From assembly GCA_964394975.1 (NCBI GenBank), contig CAYMZR010000002.1, positions 8,979 through 72,978 on the forward strand: a stretch of 64,000 nt of DNA, given 5' to 3'. Origin of the DNA: an uncultured Dehalococcoidia bacterium. Lineage in GTDB: Bacteria; Chloroflexota; Dehalococcoidia; Lucifugimonadales; UBA826. The notes under the pieces were generated by a model. That model was not told the origin of the DNA. It did no database searches and saw only the letters and a program-made list of their open reading frames with translations. Positions within the stretch are counted from its first letter, which is position 1. Each line of letters starts with the position of its first letter. Positions 39,865 to 49,874 of this stretch are shown in pieces. Position numbers and translations under genes: made by a program.

Positions 39865-39931
39865 TAACTTGGCTGCCTACATTTACGGAACCGCATTCCG
39901 TCGGGTTCCGTAAATGTAGGCAGCCAAGTTA
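39865..39931. terminator. perfect 28-bp inverted repeat (11-nt loop) between convergent genes; putative bidirectional terminator or protein/RNA target
   Basis: The left arm TAACTTGGCTGCCTACATTTACGGAACC (39865-39892) is the exact reverse complement of 39904-39931. It sits 5 nt from each flanking stop codon and has no flanking U-tract. Confidence 0.5.
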
Positions 39932-39936
39932 CCAAT

Positions 39937-40977
39937 CTAATCAACGGTTACAACAAGTTTACCGAAGAAATCTAAACCCTCCATATCTTCGTGGGCTCTT
40001 CTTACATCCTCCAAGGAATATTCTGAGTCCACTATCCCTTTTATGGTCCCTTGCCCAGCATGGTAAATAATTTGTTCCAAATCCTCACTCCGCCCCATAA
40101 ATACCCCAAACATAGTCAAATGGTTAGTAAACATTGCCCCCATTTGTAGCTCTGCCTTATACCCAGAAGTTACGCCGCAAATCCCATACCTTGCTCCCTT
40201 GGCAAGCCGTCTGTTTGCAGCGTTCCATAAATCCGTTCCAACATGATCTATCACAACATCAACTCCTCTCCCTCCAGTAATATCCTTCAATTGCTCTGAT
40301 ACATCTTCTGATTTGTAATTAATAACATGATCTGCTCCCAAAGCAGAGGCTTTATTTGCCTTTTCAGCAGTACTAGTAGTCGTAATAACCGTGGATTTAG
40401 CTATGTTCTTGGCCACTTGTATGGCAGCCGTACCAACTCCACTGGAAGCTGAGGGCACCAATGCCGTTTCCCATGGTTTCAGGTTTGACCTTCGAATCAA
40501 AATATTCCAACTTGGCATGAATACAGTGGGCAAGGAAGCTGCCTGAACATAAGTCAAGGAAGTTGGGATGGGAAAGACACTGGAGGCAGGCACTACTGTA
40601 AATTCTGCATATCCTCCTCTCGTAGCTGATCCTACCATACCTGATTTATCACAGTATTCGCTTTGATTTGACTGGCAATGACTACACTGCATACAAGTAA
40701 TCCTTGGATTCACTACAACTCGATCACCTACTGAGATTTTGGTCACACTCGACCCAACTTCTACAACTTCACCAGAGACATCCGCTCCTAGTACATGCGG
40801 CTCCGTAAGATCCATCTTGGTTCCACGAACACCTGCTCTGGTATAAACATCCAATCGATTAAGTGCGCAAGCCCGTACCCTGATTTTAACCTCATTTGTG
40901 TTGTGAACTGGTTCTGGCAGGTCTCCATACTGCAATACCTCAGGACCACCATGCTCAGTAAAATAGACGGCCTTCAT
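39937..40977 (-). CDS. zinc-binding medium-chain alcohol dehydrogenase / quinone oxidoreductase family protein
   Basis: GADVSGEVVEVG, a structural-zinc CMQCSHCQSNQSEYC motif, and a Rossmann region SASSGVGTAAIQ. Confidence 0.88.
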   Translation of the reverse strand: MKAVYFTEHGGPEVLQYGDLPEPVHNTNEVKIRVRACALNRLDVYTRAGVRGTKMDLTEPHVLGADVSGEVVEVGSSVTKISVGDRVVVNPRITCMQCSHCQSNQSEYCDKSGMVGSATRGGYAEFTVVPASSVFPIPTSLTYVQAASLPTVFMPSWNILIRRSNLKPWETALVPSASSGVGTAAIQVAKNIAKSTVITTTSTAEKANKASALGADHVINYKSEDVSEQLKDITGGRGVDVVIDHVGTDLWNAANRRLAKGARYGICGVTSGYKAELQMGAMFTNHLTMFGVFMGRSEDLEQIIYHAGQGTIKGIVDSEYSLEDVRRAHEDMEGLDFFGKLVVTVD

Positions 40978-41120
40978 TTAAATCCCCTTATAAAACATTT
41001 CTCGTATTTAGAATGCAAGGTCATTTCCAATACGGGAAAGTTTGCTATTCTGCATCACATTGTATCCTTACCAATAAACAGTTGCTACGAATTGACAAAA
41101 GGCTTTTACTCTAAGTATTA

Positions 41121-41978
41121 ATGGTGTATTTCATGATAATTGATAGCCACACTCATATCCTTCCCTCCGATATCGTTAAAAGAAAAGAACACTATATGGA
41201 TAAGGATCTAACTTTCCAGATGCTATTCAGTTCCAAAAATTCCACCATAGTGACAGTGGAAACATTAATCACCACAATGGATCAAAATAGAATATCAAGC
41301 TCTGCAGTTTTAGGAATGGGATGGAAAGATGATAGCCTAAATTCTTATGTGAATGACTACATTATGGAAAGCTCACTCAGATATCCAGGGCGAATTTATC
41401 CATTTACAGGTATAAACCCATCTTCAAAAAAACTAGGGTTACGAGAGGCTCAGAGATGTGTTGAACTAGGAGCATATGGGTTTGGAGAGGTACATCCTTC
41501 ATTCCAAAATTTTGATTTGGGAGACAAGGCCCTAATGTCAGAATATATGAATCTTCTTAAATTCAAAAACTTACCTATTGTGATCCATTGTTCCGAACCT
41601 GTTGGACACCAATATCCCGGTAAAGGTGCGTCGAAAATCAAGATGATTGAAACCTTGGTTAACAATTTCCCAAATAACAAAATAGTCTTGGCCCATTGGG
41701 GTGGAGGATTGCCCTTTTTTGAATTAATGCCTGAAATTAGAGCGGCTTTTAAAAACGTATATTATGACTCTGCCGCTTCTCCATTTTTATATAACTCTAA
41801 TGTTTTCTCAGATGTGATAAAACTTGTGGGTGTTGAAAAGGTATTATTCGGAAGCGATTATCCTGTAATCACTCAAAATAGAGTTCTCAAAGACTTAGAA
41901 GAAAACTTGCTAACTCAAAGCCAAATGCACTCTATTTTGGAGATCAATTTCAAGCATTTGATGGGGTCAATCCTTTAA
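41121..41978 (+). CDS. amidohydrolase-2 family metal-dependent TIM-barrel hydrolase
   Basis: IDSHTHI N-terminal metal motif, VIHC, AHWGGG, and GSDYP near the C-terminus. An alternative start is the ATG at 41133. Confidence 0.75.
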   Translation: MVYFMIIDSHTHILPSDIVKRKEHYMDKDLTFQMLFSSKNSTIVTVETLITTMDQNRISSSAVLGMGWKDDSLNSYVNDYIMESSLRYPGRIYPFTGINPSSKKLGLREAQRCVELGAYGFGEVHPSFQNFDLGDKALMSEYMNLLKFKNLPIVIHCSEPVGHQYPGKGASKIKMIETLVNNFPNNKIVLAHWGGGLPFFELMPEIRAAFKNVYYDSAASPFLYNSNVFSDVIKLVGVEKVLFGSDYPVITQNRVLKDLEENLLTQSQMHSILEINFKHLMGSIL

Positions 41979-42020
41979 ATAATTTGGCTCTCTATTTAAT
42001 ATTTGGCGAGCATTTTCTGG

Positions 42021-42050
42021 TTGTTAAATTTGTCACAATCCTGTTATAAT
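42021..42050 (+). promoter_or_regulatory. candidate promoter with extended -10 for the small zinc-ribbon gene
   Basis: TTGTTA (42021-42026), an 18-nt spacer ending in TGT, then TATAAT (42045-42050). Confidence 0.35.
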
Positions 42051-42096
42051 TTTAAGCAATTCAAACACCGAAGGGCGGTGGAAAAGAGGAGAAAAA

Positions 42097-42309
42097 ATGT
42101 CAGAGAATTCATATCCTGAATGTAAAGATTGTGGAAAAGGCAGCCTATTGCCCCTGTCTGATTTTGGGAGCCAAGGAGCCCCCATTCATTATAAGGCTTG
42201 GGTTTGCAGTGATCCTGACTGCGGATTTAATATCAAAATCAGAAACGGAGATGTATATTTAAACGAACCTATTGCTAGTGGAGCTTCGCATTCCCCGCGA
42301 ATGAGATAA
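42097..42309 (+). CDS. small zinc-ribbon protein (70 aa), function unknown
   Basis: CKDCGKG...CSDPDCG four-Cys ribbon and a GGAGAAAAAATG SD region. It is a monocistronic unit with its own terminator. Confidence 0.55.
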   Translation: MSENSYPECKDCGKGSLLPLSDFGSQGAPIHYKAWVCSDPDCGFNIKIRNGDVYLNEPIASGASHSPRMR

Positions 42310-42336
42310 CAACAGCAAGACGACCCAATTAAAAAA

Positions 42337-42364
42337 GCCCTTCAATATGAAGGGCTTTTTTTTT
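42337..42364 (+). terminator. Rho-independent terminator
   Basis: GCCCTTC-AATAT-GAAGGGC hairpin followed by a T9 tract, and preceded by A6, so it is potentially bidirectional. Confidence 0.8.
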
Positions 42365-42403
42365 GTTACTGCTGTACCATACTAGTCGTACAGGATACTT
42401 AAC

Positions 42404-43387
42404 ATGACCAGTTCAGAATCTCATACACCTGCGAACAATAGCCCAAATATTGGAAAACTTGTCGGCATAACACTAGTGTCAGCAGGGATATTGATTATCG
42501 GCGTCGTCACAATAGTTTGGTTGTCAATAAGAACCCCACACGACGAACTTGAATCTCTAAATGTCAAATATGAAAGTCCTACTATAAATATTCCAGTCAT
42601 TCCAAGCACCGCACCAATGGATGGTATAAAACCCCAGGTGATAGAAAAAGAATCTTCTAAAGGTTCTACCCTAGTGATTTCCTCTGAACAATCAGTCCCA
42701 TCGGTAAATTCAGAACTCACTTTAAAAAACGAACAGTCTGAAGTGGAAACTGAAGTAGAAAATTTCTCAAACCTTCTGGATGGTTACGGAAATGATAGTT
42801 TCCTCATAAATATAGCCCCGAAAAGCTGGTCAGACCATGATTGGCTTCTATCCGACCAGTTTGGCGAACAAGTCGATAGTTTCGACGATTTTAATTTAGA
42901 ACTAATAGGGAAGTCGGAGGTAACCGTAGATTTGATATCAGGGCTACCGGAAAAAATCTCTATACCAATCCTGGGCATGACTGCTCCCGTCGAAAATTTA
43001 GGAATTGTAGAAAAAGACGGACGGCAAGTTTATGAAACCCCAAAACATTTAGTGGGGCGCATACCTTCTTCCCCTGAAGAATCTGACAGCTTTAAAGGCT
43101 GGTATTTCGGTCATCTTGAAAGTCCTATAAAGGGAGAAGGGAACGTATTTCATGACTTGCCAGAAATTGCAGAGCACCTGCTCAACGGCAACAAAGTATT
43201 GATTTCACTGGAGAAATCCGGGAAAGAACTTATATACCAAGCAACCCGATCCGAGGTGGTTCATGAATCAGATTTAGAACTCTATGACCCCGGCAATGAC
43301 AAGATTGTGTTGGTAACGTGTTCCAACCGACCTTTATACGACCACCGACAGTTAGTCACAGCCACTTTAGTAGGGCTGGTAAAATAG
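42404..43387 (+). CDS. membrane-anchored sortase-family transpeptidase-like protein
   Basis: An N-terminal TM helix (LVGITLVSAGILIIGVVTIVWL), a long acidic Ser/Glu-rich linker, and a C-terminal domain with FGH, LVTC (TLxTC-like) and a downstream Arg (HRQLV). Confidence 0.55.
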   Translation: MTSSESHTPANNSPNIGKLVGITLVSAGILIIGVVTIVWLSIRTPHDELESLNVKYESPTINIPVIPSTAPMDGIKPQVIEKESSKGSTLVISSEQSVPSVNSELTLKNEQSEVETEVENFSNLLDGYGNDSFLINIAPKSWSDHDWLLSDQFGEQVDSFDDFNLELIGKSEVTVDLISGLPEKISIPILGMTAPVENLGIVEKDGRQVYETPKHLVGRIPSSPEESDSFKGWYFGHLESPIKGEGNVFHDLPEIAEHLLNGNKVLISLEKSGKELIYQATRSEVVHESDLELYDPGNDKIVLVTCSNRPLYDHRQLVTATLVGLVK

Positions 43388-44269
43388 CTATTTATGAGTC
43401 AGCATCTTTCTCATTACGGTCATAAATTTCTCTGCTGGCTCAGAAATGTTCTTTCCTGGAAGAGTCAGAATACCAGCTTGGTCAACTGGCAAAAAGTTTG
43501 CAAGCGAAACCATACCTAGTTTAGATAAATCGTCTTCGTCTATGGCCAATCTGGGTCCGATTGAGACTCCCATGCCAAGAGATACATATTTCTTGATCAT
43601 GTCCATACTTTCTAATTCCATAATAACTTCGTACCTGAGAGCAGCTTTCTGCAATTGATCCTCCAAAATAGTGCGAGTATAGGTACCTTTGGCCATCAGA
43701 ATTAGAGGATACCTCGCGATAGGTTCCAAGGACTGTATATCCGTCGATAAAAGTTCGTGGCCTTTAGGTGTTATCAAAACTCTCTCATAAAGAAATAAAG
43801 GTTCAAAACTCAAATCATCCCCTCTTTCCGGATGTTGGATTATCCCAATATCTACTTCACCCGTTCGTACCAGATTAGTGACCTCGTTTCGATTGGCTGA
43901 TTGAATCCGCAGATACACAGCCGGATATAATTCATTAAATTTCTGCACAATGTTCAACAGAGTGTGAGGAATAATATCTGGGGTCGAGGCAATTGTTACG
44001 GGGCCTCTTTCCTCAGCCAACGAAATTATTGAAGAGAGTGACTCTATTCCTTCCAGCAAGGGATTTGAAAGCTCGTATATTGTTTGACCTGTAAGTGTCA
44101 GCCTAATAGGTCTTGTTACTCGATCAAAAAGAGGCACTGAAAGTTCTCTTTCCAATTTTTTAATATGAGTAGTAACAGTAGGCTGGCCTATATTTAGTTC
44201 TTTCGCAGCTTTAGAAATACTTCTCAATCTAGCGGCAGTGACAAAACTTTTTAATTCTCTTAATTCCAT
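43388..44269 (-). CDS. LysR-family transcriptional regulator
   Basis: MELRELKSFVTAARLRSISKAAKELNIGQPTVTTHIKKLE winged-HTH followed by a substrate-binding domain. The ATG at 44269 is preferred over the ORF-track start at 44284. Confidence 0.9.
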   Translation of the reverse strand: MELRELKSFVTAARLRSISKAAKELNIGQPTVTTHIKKLERELSVPLFDRVTRPIRLTLTGQTIYELSNPLLEGIESLSSIISLAEERGPVTIASTPDIIPHTLLNIVQKFNELYPAVYLRIQSANRNEVTNLVRTGEVDIGIIQHPERGDDLSFEPLFLYERVLITPKGHELLSTDIQSLEPIARYPLILMAKGTYTRTILEDQLQKAALRYEVIMELESMDMIKKYVSLGMGVSIGPRLAIDEDDLSKLGMVSLANFLPVDQAGILTLPGKNISEPAEKFMTVMRKMLTHK

Positions 44270-44417
44270 AGGGTAGAATATCACCTTATTCGAAATCTCA
44301 ATGAGTAATAGTGTACATTATTTGCTGGGGCCATACAGACACTAAACGGTCACAATCTATCTCACATAGCACTAAAATCATATATAGAATTCACAATAAC
44401 TTCCAACAGGGTCAAAA

Positions 44418-45341
44418 ATGAACATTTTCAAGAAAAAAAACCCAGACCGATTAACTAACTCTCTTGAAAAAACTCGAACTTCGTTGTTCGGACAGCTGGT
44501 AGATTTATTCGGAACCAATGAATTAGACGATGAGTTCTGGGAAAATCTCGAAGATACCCTTATCTCCGCGGACACAGGGATAGTAGCTGCCGAAAATGTG
44601 GTATCTAAGTTGAAGGACATTGCAAAAACAAAAAAGATATCCTCAACACAGCAGTGCTTAAGAGAACTTCGGGAGGAGTTACTAAGCATACTTAACCTCA
44701 ATAAACTAAATCTACATGAGGAAATTGAGAACCCAGCCGTATTCATTATGGTGGGGGTGAATGGAGTAGGCAAAACCACCTCAATAGCCAAACTAGCCCA
44801 TTTGCTATTGGATATGGAATTAACAGTAATTCTGGGCGCCGCGGATACTTTTAGAGCAGCAGCGGCAGACCAACTACAAATATGGGGTCAGCAACTTGGT
44901 GTGCACGTTATTACTCAAAAACCAGGTTCTGATCCTGGAGCAGTAGCCTTTGACACCATTGGCGCTGCTAAAAGCAGAAATATAGATGTAGCCATCATAG
45001 ATACAGCTGGCAGACTTCAAGATAAATCAAATTTAATGGAAGAACTTAAAAAAATATCCCGAATAGCTAAAAGAGCATCTGTCGAAACCTCAGTGAAAAT
45101 CATTCTCACTATAGATGGAACAACGGGGCAAAATGGGCTATTACAAGCTGCAGAATTTACTAAATTTGTAGAGCCAGACGGGATTTTCCTCAGCAAACTT
45201 GACGGAACCTCTAAAGGTGGGATAGCTATAGCGATTGCTGATCAATTAAGAATACCTATTTGGTTTATCGGTACTGGAGAGCAGCCTGATGACATTGCAG
45301 TTTTTGATCCCGAATTATTCATTTCCGGAATAATCGATTAA
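44418..45341 (+). CDS. ftsY: signal recognition particle receptor FtsY
   Basis: GVNGVGKTTSIAKLA, DTAGR, and SKLDGTSKGG SRP-GTPase motifs. Confidence 0.93.
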   Translation: MNIFKKKNPDRLTNSLEKTRTSLFGQLVDLFGTNELDDEFWENLEDTLISADTGIVAAENVVSKLKDIAKTKKISSTQQCLRELREELLSILNLNKLNLHEEIENPAVFIMVGVNGVGKTTSIAKLAHLLLDMELTVILGAADTFRAAAADQLQIWGQQLGVHVITQKPGSDPGAVAFDTIGAAKSRNIDVAIIDTAGRLQDKSNLMEELKKISRIAKRASVETSVKIILTIDGTTGQNGLLQAAEFTKFVEPDGIFLSKLDGTSKGGIAIAIADQLRIPIWFIGTGEQPDDIAVFDPELFISGIID

Positions 45342-45362
45342 TTCATTCTATATAATTCAAAC

Positions 45363-47654
45363 ATGTTGTACGGCATAGTCTGGCTACTCTTAATAGAATT
45401 GATAGGAGCCTCCGCCTTTGTAATTTTTCTGAAACCCTTTAAAGCAATGCCTGATAAGGGGTATTCCATCAGCAAGCCATTGGGCATTCTTTTTCTGTCG
45501 TTAACCACCTGGTTAATTTCCTCTTCAAAAACAATCCCTCTCACCGAAACCTCGGCTTTATTACTCTTAATCGGGTTAGTCGCATTTTCTGCACTAATCG
45601 GAACGATTAAATGGCGCTCTGTAAAACAGGTAGTCAAGCGCAATTACAGAATCATCTTGCTAACAGAGATTGTGTTCATATTGACTTACCTGATTTTCTT
45701 CACAGTAAGGTACTTAGACCCAGGAATAGATCACACAGAGCAACCGATGGATTTCGCCTTTCTGAATGCCTCAATAAATACACTTAGCGGGCAGCCTGTA
45801 GATCCATGGTTCAAGGGTGAAGGAATCAGCTACTATTATTTCGGATATTGGATTTTTGGAACACTAGCAAAAATTTCGCAACTCCCATCATTCGCGTCTT
45901 ATAACTTGGCACTGGCAACAATACCTGCCATGACAGCATCGATTCTATTCGCTCTGACTGCCATATTTCTAAAAATATCACGTGATAAATTTGATTTAAG
46001 TGTAATCGCCTGCAGCCTCACTGCAACAGCCTGCGGTGTGTTTATGGCAAATCTTCAAGGAATTCTCGAATTTTTCCGAATTAATTCCGTCGGCTCAATT
46101 GGATTTTGGAAAAGAATTTGCATCGAGGGCATGCAAAATCCAATGATAAATTCAGTCGACAGTTGGAGGCCTACAGAGTTCTGGTGGTGGTTTAAGACTT
46201 CTAGAATTATCAACTATTTTGGTCCGACATGCGAAGGTGAAGGCCGCGATTACACCATTAATGAATTTCCTTTTTTTAGTTATCTTCTAGGTGATTTGCA
46301 TCCACACGTTATGGTCACACCTTTTTTACTGGTTTTCCTTTACTTCGTCTATGATTTATACAAGCAAGATGCGCCGACGCAGCCCGACACAACATACTGG
46401 TCTAAAGTTGTGCTTATTGGAGCCACCTTAGGCTGCGTTTGTTTCATTAATATGTGGATGTTGCCGGTCTGTGCATCTACACTGATAGGTATTTCCCTCT
46501 TAAAGTGGTTGTCCCCACAACCTTTTGACAGAATTACATTTGTAAAATCTATATCCCTCGTCTTGGGTGTATCCCTACTGATACTGCTACCTTATCTTTG
46601 GTCTTTTCAATCATCTGTGAGTGGTTTATCAAGAGCTGAATATCAAACTTCGGCAATACATGGATTTATAGTCTGGAGCCCTTTACTAATCCTCTCTCTA
46701 CCACAAGTAATATGGAATTTTTGGACAACTCCAATAGGCAAAACTTGGAAATCTAACGTAGCCCTTTCACTTGCCATAACGAGTCTACCTTGGTTTATCC
46801 GATTCTTGATACCTGCACCAAATATAGGTGTGGAAGCAAACAGCATGGTCAGCTTTGCTATACCAATAACAATTTTCTGTCTTATATCTAATCTCACTTT
46901 ATTGAATCTAGCCCGTCAAGAAGGTCTAACTCCCAGAAATATAATTTTATCGATTTTTTCTCTATCTATGCTGTTGATATTGGTACCGGAACTTTTTTAC
47001 ATTGGTGACGTCTATGGAAATCGGATGAATACGGTCTTCAAACTGCATTATCCTGTATGGATTTTATTATCAATATGCTCAGCCTATTCCATTTACCACT
47101 GGACAACAGGAAGTATGCGAACTCCAAAATTGCTCAAGTACCCGTACACTCTTATAGCTTGCCTGCTACTTATTTGCGCTTTTTATTACGGTCCCGCTGC
47201 TGCTATGACCAAAATTAGCGAATCTAATATTTCAGGTTTCAAGGACTCCGATTCAGGCCTTAAAGAATCTGAGTTGTTAGCACTTAAATATGCAAAGACT
47301 AATATAGCTATCAATCAGGGGATATTAGAATCAGTCGGAGAATGGGACGGGTCAGGGTTCATATCCAGAAATACAGGCATCTCCAATTTGGTCAATTGGC
47401 CAGGACACCAAAATCAATGGAGAGATTCTAATCCTGAGGTATATCAAAGAGCCACAGACGTAGAAATCATTTACTCAACCGAGAATATAAACCAGGCAAA
47501 ATCTCTTTTATCTAAGTACAAAATAGATTTTGTTTATATTGGCAATCAAGAATTAAATCAATATTCCAATAATCAATTAGCCAAATTCGAATCCATGGGA
47601 ACTTTGGTTTTTGGTAGTTTAGACAACGTCAGAATCATTGAGATAAAGCATTGA
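45363..47654 (+). CDS. polytopic membrane protein with YYY domain (DUF2298 / TIGR03662-type)
   Basis: More than 15 hydrophobic helices. The GEGISYYYFGYWIFG motif is characteristic of the Chloroflexi/Archaea YYY domain (from memory). Confidence 0.75.
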   Translation: MLYGIVWLLLIELIGASAFVIFLKPFKAMPDKGYSISKPLGILFLSLTTWLISSSKTIPLTETSALLLLIGLVAFSALIGTIKWRSVKQVVKRNYRIILLTEIVFILTYLIFFTVRYLDPGIDHTEQPMDFAFLNASINTLSGQPVDPWFKGEGISYYYFGYWIFGTLAKISQLPSFASYNLALATIPAMTASILFALTAIFLKISRDKFDLSVIACSLTATACGVFMANLQGILEFFRINSVGSIGFWKRICIEGMQNPMINSVDSWRPTEFWWWFKTSRIINYFGPTCEGEGRDYTINEFPFFSYLLGDLHPHVMVTPFLLVFLYFVYDLYKQDAPTQPDTTYWSKVVLIGATLGCVCFINMWMLPVCASTLIGISLLKWLSPQPFDRITFVKSISLVLGVSLLILLPYLWSFQSSVSGLSRAEYQTSAIHGFIVWSPLLILSLPQVIWNFWTTPIGKTWKSNVALSLAITSLPWFIRFLIPAPNIGVEANSMVSFAIPITIFCLISNLTLLNLARQEGLTPRNIILSIFSLSMLLILVPELFYIGDVYGNRMNTVFKLHYPVWILLSICSAYSIYHWTTGSMRTPKLLKYPYTLIACLLLICAFYYGPAAAMTKISESNISGFKDSDSGLKESELLALKYAKTNIAINQGILESVGEWDGSGFISRNTGISNLVNWPGHQNQWRDSNPEVYQRATDVEIIYSTENINQAKSLLSKYKIDFVYIGNQELNQYSNNQLAKFESMGTLVFGSLDNVRIIEIKH

Positions 47655-49831
47655 AACACCTTTTAAAACATCTTAAAGGTAAGAATATTCCAAACCCATT
47701 ACGATTAGAATGGGCCATATACACCTGCATTCTTGTCGTCGCCATTTTTATGAGGTCCTACGAATTAGCAAGCAGGGCCATGCATCATGATGAAAGTCTT
47801 CACGCCTATTATTCGTGGGAATTATTCCAAGGCTCTGGACTTATACATAACCCCATGCTCCACGGTCCACTACAAATGGAATTAACCTCATTGATTTTTT
47901 TCATTTGGGGGGACACAGACACGACTTCCCGACTTATATATGTAATTGCTGGAAGCACTTTAGTGATATTACCTATTTTTATAAAAGATTTATTGGGGAA
48001 ATATGGAGCCATCTCTGTATCAATTCTATTAACCATATCTCCCACAATGGTTTACTTCAGTAGATTTGCTAGAAACGATATTCTTATGGGCGCATTTGCA
48101 CTTGGACTTGTCTTAGCCATGTGGAAATATTTAATGTACGGGCATAAAAGATATCTTTACGTTATGTCCGCCCTTCTTGCATTAAGTTTTTCAACAAAAG
48201 AAACTGCCTATTTGATTGTAGGAACACTGGGATTATATTTAACTGCATTCACTCTCCACGATGCGTTAAAACCCTCAATTTCCGATTCTGAAACAAAATC
48301 CCTATCCTATCCAAGCTTCGCGTGGTTTTACACCGTGAGGATATTCAGAGCGACAAAGGATTGTTTTTACACCCAACCGTATAGTAGATCCTTTACCCTA
48401 CTTATCCTACTAATTTCGCTGACTTTACCCCAATGGTCCGCTTTCACAAGTATTTTTCAAAACACGCTATTCCTGGGATGGTCGAATATTGTTTTGGCGT
48501 CGGGAGAAGGAACTTCTAATATCGGTATGCCGTCCCATGGTGGAAAAGTACTGGCTTTCTTAATCGTAATCGGATTATTGATAACTTCGGCCTACGTGGG
48601 GTCCAAATGGCATTGGAAAACTTGGTGTAAATGCGCTCTAATTTTTTATGCAATATGGTTAGCGGCCTACACCACTATGTTTACAAACATTATCGGAGGT
48701 GTGCAATCGGGAATATGGCAATCGCTGGGCTACTGGATAGTACAACAAAGTGAAGGGCGAGGAGGACAACCAACATCATATTATCTATTTCTCATCCCAA
48801 TCTATGAATATTTACCAGCTATATTTGCCACCCTCGCAACCTTGTATTACATAAAATCTCGGGAGAAATTCAATCTGTTCCTTGTTTATTGGATGATAAC
48901 AACACTATTGATATATACCGTTGCCAGTGAAAAAATGCCGTGGCTCCTAGTGAATATAGCATTGCCAATGATAGTGCTTAGTGGAAAATTTATAGGGGAT
49001 TTAATCGGCAAGATTCTTTTATTAGGCAAACCCGCTATCTATCAATCGATTATTTTTGTAACCCCCACTTTGGTTTTCGTCACAATTGTTATTATCTCGA
49101 AATACTCTTCTAAGCTAGATCAAGGGTTAAGAATTACCATCGCCTTAGCAATGATTTTATGTATTATTTCAGCTTTGATATACGTGGTAAAAATTTCCAG
49201 GAATTCAGAAAATAACAGGGCATTGAGCTTTTTGTTTGTTGGTGCAGCTACCCTTTTCTTAATTTTAACAATAAGAACAACCGTTTATACAAATTATGTA
49301 CATTCAGATATACCGGTCGAAATGCTCGTTTATACACAGACTTCACCTGATATACATCTATTACACAATACTATTAGAGAAAATTACTCTTTGGACGAAT
49401 CTAGAAATAGCGACTTATTTGTCATAGATCAAACTAATGGATTCACTTGGCCATGGTCTTGGTATCTAAGGAACTATAAAAATGTCCAATACCCTAAACT
49501 AAATCCTGAATCATATAGCTCAGATAATGAGGCTGCGATGGTCATGGTCCATTCATCGAATCATCTTGCTGCGGATAGAGCTTTATCCAAGGATTACTCT
49601 ACTCCAATTAGAATACCTCATAGATGGTGGTTTCCTGAACACACATATAGGAATCTTAATACTCTAGAACTGTTCAAGAAATTAGTGGATATAAAGCATT
49701 GGAATGCCTATTTTGAATACTGGTTATTCAGAACGGGAGTCGCCAAGAGTATCGGAAGCGAAGATTCATATCTTTATACTAAAACCGATTTCCCAAAAAT
49801 AAATTTTATAGGCGATACTTACAGAAAATAA
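47651..49831 (+). CDS. GT-C-fold (ArnT/PMT-like) polytopic membrane protein, TIGR03663-type
   Basis: MHHDESLHAYYSWE acidic first-loop motif, many TM helices, and a soluble C-terminal domain. The start overlaps the upstream stop by 4 nt. Confidence 0.65.
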   Translation: MKHLLKHLKGKNIPNPLRLEWAIYTCILVVAIFMRSYELASRAMHHDESLHAYYSWELFQGSGLIHNPMLHGPLQMELTSLIFFIWGDTDTTSRLIYVIAGSTLVILPIFIKDLLGKYGAISVSILLTISPTMVYFSRFARNDILMGAFALGLVLAMWKYLMYGHKRYLYVMSALLALSFSTKETAYLIVGTLGLYLTAFTLHDALKPSISDSETKSLSYPSFAWFYTVRIFRATKDCFYTQPYSRSFTLLILLISLTLPQWSAFTSIFQNTLFLGWSNIVLASGEGTSNIGMPSHGGKVLAFLIVIGLLITSAYVGSKWHWKTWCKCALIFYAIWLAAYTTMFTNIIGGVQSGIWQSLGYWIVQQSEGRGGQPTSYYLFLIPIYEYLPAIFATLATLYYIKSREKFNLFLVYWMITTLLIYTVASEKMPWLLVNIALPMIVLSGKFIGDLIGKILLLGKPAIYQSIIFVTPTLVFVTIVIISKYSSKLDQGLRITIALAMILCIISALIYVVKISRNSENNRALSFLFVGAATLFLILTIRTTVYTNYVHSDIPVEMLVYTQTSPDIHLLHNTIRENYSLDESRNSDLFVIDQTNGFTWPWSWYLRNYKNVQYPKLNPESYSSDNEAAMVMVHSSNHLAADRALSKDYSTPIRIPHRWWFPEHTYRNLNTLELFKKLVDIKHWNAYFEYWLFRTGVAKSIGSEDSYLYTKTDFPKINFIGDTYRK

Positions 49832-49874
49832 CATTCAACCTAGATAACCTAAGTTACACTGACAAGGACAGGGC

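Noticed and set aside
39828-40070. An 80-aa plus-strand ORF running through the 28-bp hairpin and into the ADH-family gene.
   Set aside because: It starts inside the 2-hydroxyacid dehydrogenase gene, reads through both arms of the palindrome and overlaps a confident minus-strand gene. It is an artefact of the open frame created by the repeat.
45338-45643. A 101-aa minus-strand ORF spanning the ftsY stop and the start of the YYY-domain gene.
   Set aside because: It overlaps the clearly membrane-helical N-terminus of the 763-aa plus-strand protein, has no motif or RBS, and would overlap ftsY by only 4 nt. It is most likely a shadow ORF.
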